Shown: positions 39,691 to 47,248 of the stretch, one piece after another | Layout: each line of letters opens with the position of its first letter | Numbering within the stretch: position 1 is the stretch's first letter | IMG/VR virus record: IMGVR_UViG_2711768052_000011 | Source: a virus | Lineage: Duplodnaviria; Heunggongvirae; Uroviricota; Caudoviricetes | DNA length: 47,248 nt | Strand: one strand, 5' to 3' | The notes under the pieces: generated by a model | Database searches by the model: none | Told to the model about the DNA's origin: nothing | The model's input: the letters and a program-made list of their open reading frames with translations, nothing else | Program-made: the position numbers and the translations under genes

Positions 39691-39883
39691 GCCCGGCACA
39701 CGCTTCTGCATCAGCCAGCTTTATTCTGGTTTCCTTGCGCTGTTCTCTGGCTGACAAACGCCAGAGCAGCGCATTAGCTTTATGTATCAACCACTCTGCC
39801 AGCTCCACATCAGATAAACCGCCACGCCAGATGTGCGGACTGTTTTCGTAAACGCTCAGTGTCAATTTTTTGTCATTACTCAT
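39374..39883 (-). CDS. hypothetical protein downstream of ydaT (alternative to plus-strand ORF)
   Basis: Start MSNDKKLTLSVY 13 nt after ydaT stop; weak SD; several AGA/ATA codons; overlaps 39235..39690. Confidence 0.3.
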   Translation of the reverse strand: MSNDKKLTLSVYENSPHIWRGGLSDVELAEWLIHKANALLWRLSAREQRKETRIKLADAEACAGLIEDYTNLGISSAESDPIQPLSRESIQHAGCMAHLVTARQHEVGIGSLPVGYSLIPELVEARKSVQKKRDDALQLLREHYGAIPECEQRRYPEGYEWMQSLFEVR

Positions 39884-39896
39884 ATTTATTACCCAA

Positions 39897-40322
39897 TTAA
39901 TGCACAGCCAGAGTGTTTCCTGCCGGGCCACCACGATTCATCTGATTGAAACCAGCGATCGCCACTGCGACAAAATCATCAGCGTCTCTCACCAGTCGTT
40001 CCCGCGTCTCCACCAGCTCCCGAAAATAAGCTGAACTGTGGCTGCGCATTCTGGCCACCAGCAAAGGTGGCATTGCCTTTTCGATCGCTGGTAACAACGC
40101 CTGAATTTTTTCAACTGCATCAGGGGTGTCTTTCTCCACCCAGCGGAAAATTTTCTGAGTATTGCGAGCCAGGGCTTCCGGATGGCTGTCGTCATACAGT
40201 TCTGGGAACGTCATACCCAGTTCAAAATAAGCCCTGGTTATTTCAGCTGCCGGAACTTTTTCACCGTCCGGATGCGCCCAGGCATTCATCGCCATGCGGA
40301 TGTGTTCATGCTTGATTTTCAT
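39897..40322 (-). CDS. ydaT: YdaT-like prophage protein (toxin-associated family)
   Basis: 141 aa directly downstream of ydaS-like gene as in Rac-type immunity regions; name by recall. Confidence 0.7.
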   Translation of the reverse strand: MKIKHEHIRMAMNAWAHPDGEKVPAAEITRAYFELGMTFPELYDDSHPEALARNTQKIFRWVEKDTPDAVEKIQALLPAIEKAMPPLLVARMRSHSSAYFRELVETRERLVRDADDFVAVAIAGFNQMNRGGPAGNTLAVH

Positions 40323-40587
40323 GAATCAAGCTCCTAGAAAGTGGTTGTGTTAACATTTTGGTATCTTCCAGCTCGGGCCAAATATTCATCCAATCAAAAG
40401 GCCTTAGTTGCTGACGTGTAACTTCACCATTACTGGCTCGCTCAATAAGGACACATAACGATGCCCCTAACACTTGACCTTTACTCAATGCCTTTCTTAG
40501 ATAACCGATGCTGGTACCACACTCGCATGCAAACATACGCTGTTCATCTGACGAAAGAGAATTGAGAAATATTCTTAATTCTTCCAT
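40306..40587 (-). CDS. ydaS: YdaS-like Cro/HTH-type small regulator
   Basis: 93 aa, divergent from repressor gene, HTH-like segment CGTSIGYLRKALSKGQV. Confidence 0.7.
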   Translation of the reverse strand: MEELRIFLNSLSSDEQRMFACECGTSIGYLRKALSKGQVLGASLCVLIERASNGEVTRQQLRPFDWMNIWPELEDTKMLTQPLSRSLIHENQA

Positions 40588-40594
40588 AGCTACT

Positions 40595-40660
40595 CCTTAG
40601 TAAACACAGCAAAGAATACCCACAGGTAAACAAAAGTCAATACCCGCAGGTTGTTTACCT
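40595..40660. promoter_or_regulatory. operator-like repeats in divergent immunity promoter region
   Basis: Direct repeats AATACCCACAGGT / AATACCCGCAGGT approx. 25 bp apart and inverted repeat AGGTAAACAA ... TTGTTTACCT between ydaS and repressor starts. Confidence 0.4.
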
Positions 40661-40687
40661 TGCAGTAATCGCATCTATTATTTACCT

Positions 40688-41107
40688 ATGGACAAATATG
40701 AATTTAGACGACAGCAACTCATCAAAATTCGTGATGAGAAATGCGATGGTAAAGCGGTTAACGTGGCCAGAAAGATCGGGCGCGAGCCTTCTTATGTATC
40801 AAGAATGTTGTACCCAGAGGGGAAAAAGGGAAAAAAACGGATCGCTGATGATATGGTGGAGATTATCGAAGAGTCCTTTGGGTTACCCCGGGGATGGATG
40901 GATGGTATCGTTTCATCATCAACGAACACAGCCTCCAGTTATGAAACAAGGGTTCTAACGCCACGACAACGTATTTTTTTAGATCTCTTAGACGAACTGC
41001 CAGAAAGTGAAGCGGATAACTTATTAAAAACTCTTGAAGAGAAAAAACAGTATTACAATATGATCTACGAAGAAATCCGTAAAAAGAAAGCACAAAACGC
41101 ATCATAG
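40688..41107 (+). CDS. putative prophage repressor (HTH, no LexA-like S24 domain)
   Basis: 139 aa divergent from cro-like gene; HTH-like VNVARKIGREPSYVSRML. Confidence 0.6.
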   Translation: MDKYEFRRQQLIKIRDEKCDGKAVNVARKIGREPSYVSRMLYPEGKKGKKRIADDMVEIIEESFGLPRGWMDGIVSSSTNTASSYETRVLTPRQRIFLDLLDELPESEADNLLKTLEEKKQYYNMIYEEIRKKKAQNAS

Positions 41108-41369
41108 CTCACCAAACAACTAGTCACCAGTTAAGACACCGCAAAAAGTTACCCATGGGTATTTACTTTTTAAATACCTATGGGTATCCTTCTTTTCATA
41201 CCAACCCACCCCGCCCCACAGAATGCAGGGCAATACTTCGAGTTACCAGGCAGTGGTCAGGGGTTAAGTAGCCAGCCCGAGGCGTAAGAACATGACGGCA
41301 GGGTTCAACTTTAACTATGCAGCAGGTTTTTGTTCCGCCACCCCGGCGTTAAGGGGAAATGAGGTCAGC

Positions 41370-41522
41370 ATGGATACTATCGATCTTGGCAACAACGAGT
41401 CTCTGGTATACGGCGTGTTTCCAAACCAAGACGGCACGTTCACGGCGATGACGTATACCAAAAGCAAAACGTTTAAAACCGAAGCTGGCGCGCGTCGCTG
41501 GTTAGCCAGAAATACTGACTGA
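41370..41522 (+). CDS. ydfA: YdfA-like small protein
   Basis: Start MDTIDLGNNESLVYGV (ORF track from 41292); position after repressor as in Qin. Confidence 0.5.
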   Translation: MDTIDLGNNESLVYGVFPNQDGTFTAMTYTKSKTFKTEAGARRWLARNTD

Positions 41523-41866
41523 TGAGGTTGACGATGGAATTTAAAGATTTACCAATGCCATTCCAGGAAATGGCAGCGAATATAGTTCATTCTCAATTGG
41601 CGACTCTTGACCTGAGTACCGTAGAAAAAGAAACCATCGATACTATATCCGGTAACGTGCGTCGTGCCTTTATCGGTCTGTACGAAGAGAAGCAGCTCTC
41701 TGATAACCAGGATTTACATGAAGAAAAATACTTCCTGGATCTAATGGACATCATTAATAAGGGGCTTGGCTTGTTAATGGAAAAGAAAGGGATTCGGATA
41801 GAACCCCTTGAAAATTGCTTCGTAACAAGAAGCATCAATTCTTTTGATTCAAAACAAGAGAATTAA
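41522..41866 (+). CDS. hypothetical protein (position of ydfB/ydfC)
   Basis: 114-aa ORF, start overlaps previous stop. Confidence 0.5.
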   Translation: MRLTMEFKDLPMPFQEMAANIVHSQLATLDLSTVEKETIDTISGNVRRAFIGLYEEKQLSDNQDLHEEKYFLDLMDIINKGLGLLMEKKGIRIEPLENCFVTRSINSFDSKQEN

Positions 41867-42110
41867 TTACAGATTTAACATGCTCTTTCTCATGATTGAA
41901 GCTCTCAGGGTTGAAAGTGCCCGGCTGAAGCGAGTCGATATAATCAACGAGATTCTTTCGTACCGTTTCATCTTTATTCATGGCAGATGCAAGGTATGAA
42001 ATTGCTAACAATGTTATATCACTACGCGCCGCAGCATGCTGTAGTGTTTTATCAAAATCATTAATTTTCCGTATAAGAGAGTTAAGAGTTTCATTGACAT
42101 CAAACCCCAT
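41835..42110 (-). CDS. hypothetical 91-aa protein, opposite orientation within early-left region
   Basis: Start MGFDVNETLNSL with GGAGG RBS at 5-nt spacing; longer ORF-track version (to 42443) rejected. Confidence 0.45.
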   Translation of the reverse strand: MGFDVNETLNSLIRKINDFDKTLQHAAARSDITLLAISYLASAMNKDETVRKNLVDYIDSLQPGTFNPESFNHEKEHVKSVINSLVLNQKN

Positions 42111-42240
42111 TTCATCCTCCTGAGGGTTAGTAATTAAGGAGTTCTCCACGGGTGAGGTGGAGTGCGTGCGCCGGACACGGGTGAGCATCCGGCACTGACA
42201 GTTTACTGAAAGGATATCTCCCTGAAAAGTCAGGGCATAA

Positions 42241-42343
42241 CGCGAAATGGCGCGGCGAAGTTGTTGGTTCATAGATAGCCTGTCGTTAAATTTTCGTCGA
42301 CCGTGCGCTTCCGGTTGTGGCACTCCGCGAAATGGCGCGGCGG
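42241..42343. repeat. two copies of 17-nt direct repeat CGCGAAATGGCGCGGCG upstream of dicF
   Basis: Exact copies at approx. 42241..42257 and 42327..42343. Confidence 0.45.
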
Positions 42344-42444
42344 TAAGTATGGCGGGGTTATTCCTTCCCCGTTGAGGACACCGGGTTGTCAGGTTGACCA
42401 TACGCTTAAGTGACAACCCCGCTGCAACGCCCTCTGTTATCAAT

Positions 42445-42502
42445 TTTCTGGTGACGTTTGGCGGTATCAGTTTTACTCCGTGACTGCTCTGCCGCCCTTT
42501 TT
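42445..42502 (+). ncRNA. dicF: DicF small RNA (cell-division inhibitor sRNA) with intrinsic terminator
   Basis: TTTCTGGTGACGTTTGGCGGTATCAGTTTTACTCCGTGACTGCTCTGCCGCCCTTTTT matches K-12 DicF by recall; GGCGG/CCGCC stem plus T5. Confidence 0.75.
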
Positions 42503-42671
42503 AAAGTGAATTTTGTGATGCGGTGAATGCGGCTAAGCGCACGCGGAACAGTTAAAACCAAAAACAGTGTTATGGGTGGATTCTCTGTATCCGGCGTTAA
42601 TTGTTAACTGGTTAACGTCACCTGGAGGCACCAGGCACCGCATCACAAAATTCATTGTTGAGGACGCGATA

Positions 42672-42860
42672 ATGGAAACGTTATTACCAAACGTTAATAC
42701 GTCTGAAGGTTGTTTTGAAATTGGTGTCAAAATCAGTAACCATGTATTTACTGAAGATGCCATTAATAAGAGAAAACACGAACGGGAGCTATTAAATCAA
42801 ATATGCATTGTTTCAATGCTGGCCCGTTTACGTCTGATGCAAAAAGGATACTGGCAATGA
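42672..42860 (+). CDS. dicB: cell division inhibitor DicB
   Basis: 62-aa product METLLPNVNTSEGCFEIGVKISNHVFTEDAINKRK... near-identical to K-12 DicB by recall. Confidence 0.8.
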   Translation: METLLPNVNTSEGCFEIGVKISNHVFTEDAINKRKHERELLNQICIVSMLARLRLMQKGYWQ

Positions 42861-43060
42861 ACACTGCTATTGCCCTCACTCTGACTGTTTTTCTTAATAC
42901 TGGTGAGCCTGTTGACATGGTTATTGACATTTACGGTTCAATGAAAGAATGCATGGCTGCCGCAGCAGAACAGAAAATTCCCGGTAACTGCTATCCGGTC
43001 GATAAAGTTATTCACATGAATAATAACGAAATCCCGACAGGATTAAAAACAGCGCCGTAA
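42857..43060 (+). CDS. ydfD: YdfD-like small protein
   Basis: Start MNTAIALTLTVFL overlaps dicB stop (ATGA); hydrophobic N-terminus. Confidence 0.65.
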   Translation: MNTAIALTLTVFLNTGEPVDMVIDIYGSMKECMAAAAEQKIPGNCYPVDKVIHMNNNEIPTGLKTAP

Positions 43061-43140
43061 TTAATATCCGGTTTCATTTTTATATGCCAGCAATGGCAGG
43101 GATTTGTTCACCCTTAAATCTGTAATGAGGTTAAAACAAA

Positions 43141-45612
43141 ATGAGTAAAGTCTTTATTTGCGCCGCCATTCCGGACGAACAGGCAATAAAGGAAGAAGGT
43201 GCAGTTGCTGTAGCCACTGCCATCGAAGCCGGTGACGAACGCCGCGCCCGTGCCAAATTTACCTGGCAATTCCTGGAGCAATATCCGGCTGCTCAGGACT
43301 GTGCTTATAAATTTCTTGTCTGCGAGGATAAACCCGGTATACCCCGCCCTGCCCTCGATTCCTGGGATGCTGAATATATGCAGGAAAACCGCTGGGATGA
43401 GGAGTCTGCTTCCTTTGTCCCGGTTGAGACTGAATCAGATCCGATGAACGTCACTTTTGACAAGCTGGCCCCTGAAGTACAGAACGCTGTCATGGTTAAG
43501 TTCGACACATGTGAAAACATCACCGTTGATATGGTGATTAGCGCGCAGGAATTGTTGCAGGAAGACATTGCAACATTCGACGGACATATCGTTGAAGCGT
43601 TGATGAAAATGCCAGAAGTTAACGCCATGTATCCGGAGCTTAAGCTGCATGCCATCGGGTGGGTTAAGCATAAATGTAAGCTTGGTGCCAAATGGCCCGA
43701 AATTCAGGCAGAGATGCGCATCTGGAAAAAACGTCGCGAAGGTGAACGCAAGGAAACCGGAAAATACACGTCTGTTGTTGATCTCGCCCGCGCCAGAGCC
43801 AATCAACAGAACACTGAAAATTCAACAGGAAAAATCAACCCGGTCATTGCTGCCACTCATCGCGAATACGAGCAGACATGGAAAACACTGGATGACGAAC
43901 TGGCCTACGCTCTCTGGCCTGGTGACATTGATGCCGGAAACATTGACGGCAGCATCCATCGCTGGGCAAAAAATGAAGTTATCGACAACGACCGCGAAGA
44001 CTGGAAACGTATCTCGGCATCAATGCGCAAACAGCCTGATGCCCTTCGCTACGACCGCCAGACTATTTTTGGCCTTGTCCGTGAACGTCCGATCGACATT
44101 CACAAAGACCCTGTGGCACTGAACAAATACATTACTGAATACCTGACTACAAAGGGCGTGTTTGAAGATGAAGGAAGAAATCAGGGCGCAACTGATACTC
44201 TCTCGTCGCCAGTACCAGAAACTGATGCAGTGGAAACGGCAATTCCGGACAACGAAAAAACCGAATGCAAAGTGGAAGTCGAACCATCTGTAGAGCGTGA
44301 GGGGCCGTTCTACTTCCTCTTCACCGACAAGGATGGCGAAAAATACGGTCGCGCAAACAAACTTTCTGGTCTGGATAAGGCACTGGCTGCCGGGGCTACT
44401 GAAATCACGAAAGAAGAATATTTCGCCCGCAAAAACGGTACATACTCAGGTTCACAACAAAATACTGGTGCATCTGACACGACCGCACAACCAAGGCCGG
44501 TAAAAGTTACCGCTGACGAAGTAAACAAAATTATGCAGGCAGCCAATATCAGCCAGCCTGACGCCGATGAACTGCTTGCAGTATCACGTGGTGAATTTGT
44601 TGCAGGTATTAGCGATCCGAATGATCCGAAATGGGTGAAGGGGATTGAAACCCGCGATTCTGTGAACCAGAACCAGCAAGAAACGGAACAGAACGACCAG
44701 AAAGCGGAACAAAACAGCCCAAATACGCAACAAAACGAGCCAGAAACGAAACAATCCGAACCAGTAGCGCAACAGGAACCGGAAAAGATCTGCACCGCCT
44801 GCGGTAAGAGCGGTGGCGGCAACTGCCCTGATTGTGGTGCGGTGATGGGCGACGCAACATACCAGGAAACATTCGATGACAAGAACCAGGTTGAAGTTCA
44901 GGAAGACGATTCGGAGAAAATGGAAGGCGCTGAACATCCACACAAGGAGAATGCTGGCAGCGCTCAGAACCACGCCAGCGATAGTGAAACTGGCGAGGCG
45001 ACAGATTCCTTAGTTAATATGAACGGTCATCACAAAATCACATCCACCAGCAGAGTATGGAATCACCTGTCGGTCGACCTTGAAACGATGGGAACAAATC
45101 CCGATGCACCAATCAACTCCATTGGCGGTAAATTTTTTGATCCCGAAACCGGAGAGATGGGGCCGGAGTTCAGCAAAACGATTGATGCAAAAACAGGTGG
45201 CGGCACTGTCGACATAAGCTCAATCGAATGGTGGCTGGTGCAGTCCAGCGAGGCCAGATCTGCAATTTTGGTAAATCAAATCCCATTAGATGATGCGCTG
45301 CTGCAATTCAGAGAATTCATCAGCGAGCATTCAGATGAAAAACTCGTGCAGGTATGGGGCAATGGCGCAACTTTCGACAACGTGATTTTACGCCGTTCAT
45401 ATGAACGGCTGGGGATCCCCTGCCCGTGGCGTTACCACAACGATCGCGACGTGCGCACAATCGTTGAGCTGGGAAAAACCATCGGTTTTGATGCCAGAAC
45501 AGCTATTCCGTTCGAAGGAGTACCACACAATGCACTGGATGACGCCCGCCACCAGGCGAAATACGTTTCAGCAATCTGGCAAAAACTGATCCCGAATCAG
45601 GCTGATTTTTAA
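43141..45612 (+). CDS. large exonuclease: YdfE-like N-terminal region, Gln/Glu-rich linker, CxxC zinc-ribbon, C-terminal DEDDh 3'-5' exonuclease domain
   Basis: 823 aa; exo motifs VDLETMG, WGNGATFDNVIL, HNALDDARHQAKY; CTACGKSGGGNCPDCG. Confidence 0.75.
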   Translation: MSKVFICAAIPDEQAIKEEGAVAVATAIEAGDERRARAKFTWQFLEQYPAAQDCAYKFLVCEDKPGIPRPALDSWDAEYMQENRWDEESASFVPVETESDPMNVTFDKLAPEVQNAVMVKFDTCENITVDMVISAQELLQEDIATFDGHIVEALMKMPEVNAMYPELKLHAIGWVKHKCKLGAKWPEIQAEMRIWKKRREGERKETGKYTSVVDLARARANQQNTENSTGKINPVIAATHREYEQTWKTLDDELAYALWPGDIDAGNIDGSIHRWAKNEVIDNDREDWKRISASMRKQPDALRYDRQTIFGLVRERPIDIHKDPVALNKYITEYLTTKGVFEDEGRNQGATDTLSSPVPETDAVETAIPDNEKTECKVEVEPSVEREGPFYFLFTDKDGEKYGRANKLSGLDKALAAGATEITKEEYFARKNGTYSGSQQNTGASDTTAQPRPVKVTADEVNKIMQAANISQPDADELLAVSRGEFVAGISDPNDPKWVKGIETRDSVNQNQQETEQNDQKAEQNSPNTQQNEPETKQSEPVAQQEPEKICTACGKSGGGNCPDCGAVMGDATYQETFDDKNQVEVQEDDSEKMEGAEHPHKENAGSAQNHASDSETGEATDSLVNMNGHHKITSTSRVWNHLSVDLETMGTNPDAPINSIGGKFFDPETGEMGPEFSKTIDAKTGGGTVDISSIEWWLVQSSEARSAILVNQIPLDDALLQFREFISEHSDEKLVQVWGNGATFDNVILRRSYERLGIPCPWRYHNDRDVRTIVELGKTIGFDARTAIPFEGVPHNALDDARHQAKYVSAIWQKLIPNQADF

Positions 45613-45681
45613 TGTTCAACCGTCGCCGGTTGTGACTGGTATTCTGCAACCGGCGCTCATCTGAAGTAAGAGATAAAAGCG

Positions 45682-45933
45682 ATGAGCGAAGTAATCATGA
45701 TTGTCTCTCCCGGTAAATGGGTATCCGAAGAACAGCTAATTGCGCTGAAAGGAATAAAAAAGGGAACGCTAAAAAAAGCCAGGGAAAAATCGTTTATGGA
45801 AGGAAGGGAATATAAGCATGTAGCCCATGACGGTATGCCATGGGATAACAGCCCATGCTTTTACAACCTGGAAGAAATTGATCGCTGGATTGAACGTCAG
45901 GCATCAGCAAGACCAAGACGTCATCTTACTTGA
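45682..45933 (+). CDS. xis: putative excisionase
   Basis: 83-aa basic protein immediately upstream of integrase. Confidence 0.55.
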   Translation: MSEVIMIVSPGKWVSEEQLIALKGIKKGTLKKAREKSFMEGREYKHVAHDGMPWDNSPCFYNLEEIDRWIERQASARPRRHLT

Positions 45934-45952
45934 CTAAAAACAATACTAACCA

Positions 45953-47248
45953 ATGAGAGAAGCTAAAATGAAATATCCGACAGGCGTGGAAAACCATGGA
46001 GGGAAATTGCGTATCTGGTTTGTTTATAAAGGTGTAAGAGTCAGAGAAAATCTTGGGGTTCCTGACACAGCAAAAAACAGGCGCATTGCAGGTGAGCTGC
46101 GCGCCTCTGTTTGTTACGCAATAAAAACCGGCGTTTTCGACTATGCAAAACAGTTTCCCTCCTCACACAATCTGGAAAAATTTGGTGAGGCCCGACAAGA
46201 TTTAACCATAAAAGAACTGGCTGAAAAATTTCTGGCACTGAAAGAAACGGAAGTCGCAAAAACGTCACTCAACACGTACCGTGCCGTCATCAAAAATATT
46301 CTGAGCATAATCGGTGAAAAAAATCTTGCATCGTCGATTAATAAAGAAAAATTGCTGGCGGTACGTAAAGAGTTACTTACTGGATACCAGATCCCCAAAA
46401 GTAATTATGTTGTTACGCAACCGGGGAGATCGGCTGTCACCGTAAATAATTACATGACAAATCTTTACGCCGTGTTCCAGTTTGGTGTTGATAACGGTTA
46501 CCTGGCAGATAATCCGTTTAAGGGGATCTCGCCATTAAAGGAATCAAGAACCATTCCTGATCCTCTTTCACGGGAGGAATTTATCTGTCTTATCGACGCC
46601 TGCAGAAATCAGCAGGCCAAAAATTTATGGTGTGTTTCTGTTTATACAGGCATTCGCCCAGGTGAACTGTGTGCGCTTGGGTGGGAGGACATAGATCTGA
46701 AAAATGGAACAATGATGATCAGGAGAAATTTAGCAAAAGATCGTTTTACGGTACCGAAAACACAGGCTGGTACCAATCGGGTAATTCACCTTATCAAGCC
46801 TGCAATCGACGCTCTCAGGAGTCAGATGACACTAACGAGGCTGAGCAAAGAACATATTATTGACGTTCACCTCAGAGAGTTCGGCAGAACAGAAAAACAA
46901 AAATGCACCTTTGTTTTTCAACCTGAAGTGTCAGCGAGAGTAAAAAATTATGGTGACCATTTTACCGTTGACTCAATAAGGCAGATGTGGGACGCAGCGA
47001 TAAAGCGCGCTGGCCTCCGCCACCGCAAATCATATCAGTCGAGACATACTTATGCCTGCTGGTCGCTGACAGCCGGTGCCAACCCGGCATTCATAGCAAA
47101 CCAGATGGGACATGCAGATGCGCAAATGGTGTTTCAGGTATACGGGAAATGGATGTCTGAAAACAATAATGCACAGGTAGCCCTGCTAAATACACAGCTA
47201 AGCGAGTTTGCCCCAACCATGCCCCAAAACGAGGTGGCGCAAAATTAA
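45953..47248 (+). CDS. int: tyrosine-type site-specific integrase
   Basis: 431 aa; C-terminal catalytic region with R ... HxxR ... Y pattern (SRHTYACWSLTAG); stop at last base of window. Confidence 0.85.
   Translation: MREAKMKYPTGVENHGGKLRIWFVYKGVRVRENLGVPDTAKNRRIAGELRASVCYAIKTGVFDYAKQFPSSHNLEKFGEARQDLTIKELAEKFLALKETEVAKTSLNTYRAVIKNILSIIGEKNLASSINKEKLLAVRKELLTGYQIPKSNYVVTQPGRSAVTVNNYMTNLYAVFQFGVDNGYLADNPFKGISPLKESRTIPDPLSREEFICLIDACRNQQAKNLWCVSVYTGIRPGELCALGWEDIDLKNGTMMIRRNLAKDRFTVPKTQAGTNRVIHLIKPAIDALRSQMTLTRLSKEHIIDVHLREFGRTEKQKCTFVFQPEVSARVKNYGDHFTVDSIRQMWDAAIKRAGLRHRKSYQSRHTYACWSLTAGANPAFIANQMGHADAQMVFQVYGKWMSENNNAQVALLNTQLSEFAPTMPQNEVAQN

Noticed and set aside
41835-42443. 202-aa extended version of the minus-strand ORF reaching to dicF
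   Set aside because: Upstream part has no RBS and covers the repeat region and dicF promoter; only the C-terminal 91 codons with a GGAGG RBS retained

Overview
The window is almost entirely one lambda-like prophage, inserted next to the host MFS transporter gene ydfJ (1..1284, minus strand) at the position where E. coli K-12 carries the Qin cryptic prophage. Left to right on the plus strand: (i) minus-strand late genes from tfa and two tail-fibre genes through lom and J-I-K-L-M-H-T/G-V-U-Z-FII-FI-E-D-C-B-W-A-Nu1, with a lambda-like cos site near 27190; (ii) a minus-strand lysis cassette with a T5-type M15 endolysin and several small membrane proteins; (iii) an approx. 1.1 kb non-coding late leader with a tRNA-Gly-like 3' fragment and stacked intrinsic terminators; (iv) a MazF/PemK-like toxin, a Q-like antiterminator, rusA, a ydfU-like gene and hokD; (v) a plus-strand, AT-rich two-gene cargo cassette (AbiH-like protein plus an uncharacterised 465-aa partner) that is the best candidate for an undescribed defence system; (vi) minus-strand early/replication genes with iteron-like repeats, and a ydaS/ydaT pair divergent from a repressor; (vii) plus-strand early-left genes including dicF sRNA, dicB, ydfD, a large DEDDh exonuclease, excisionase and a tyrosine integrase ending at the window edge. 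All family and gene assignments rest on motif reading and recall of lambda and K-12 sequences, not on database searches. Coordinates taken from the ORF track are exact; hand-located sites (hairpins, repeats, small ORFs, cos, dicF, tRNA fragment) may be off by 1-2 nt.
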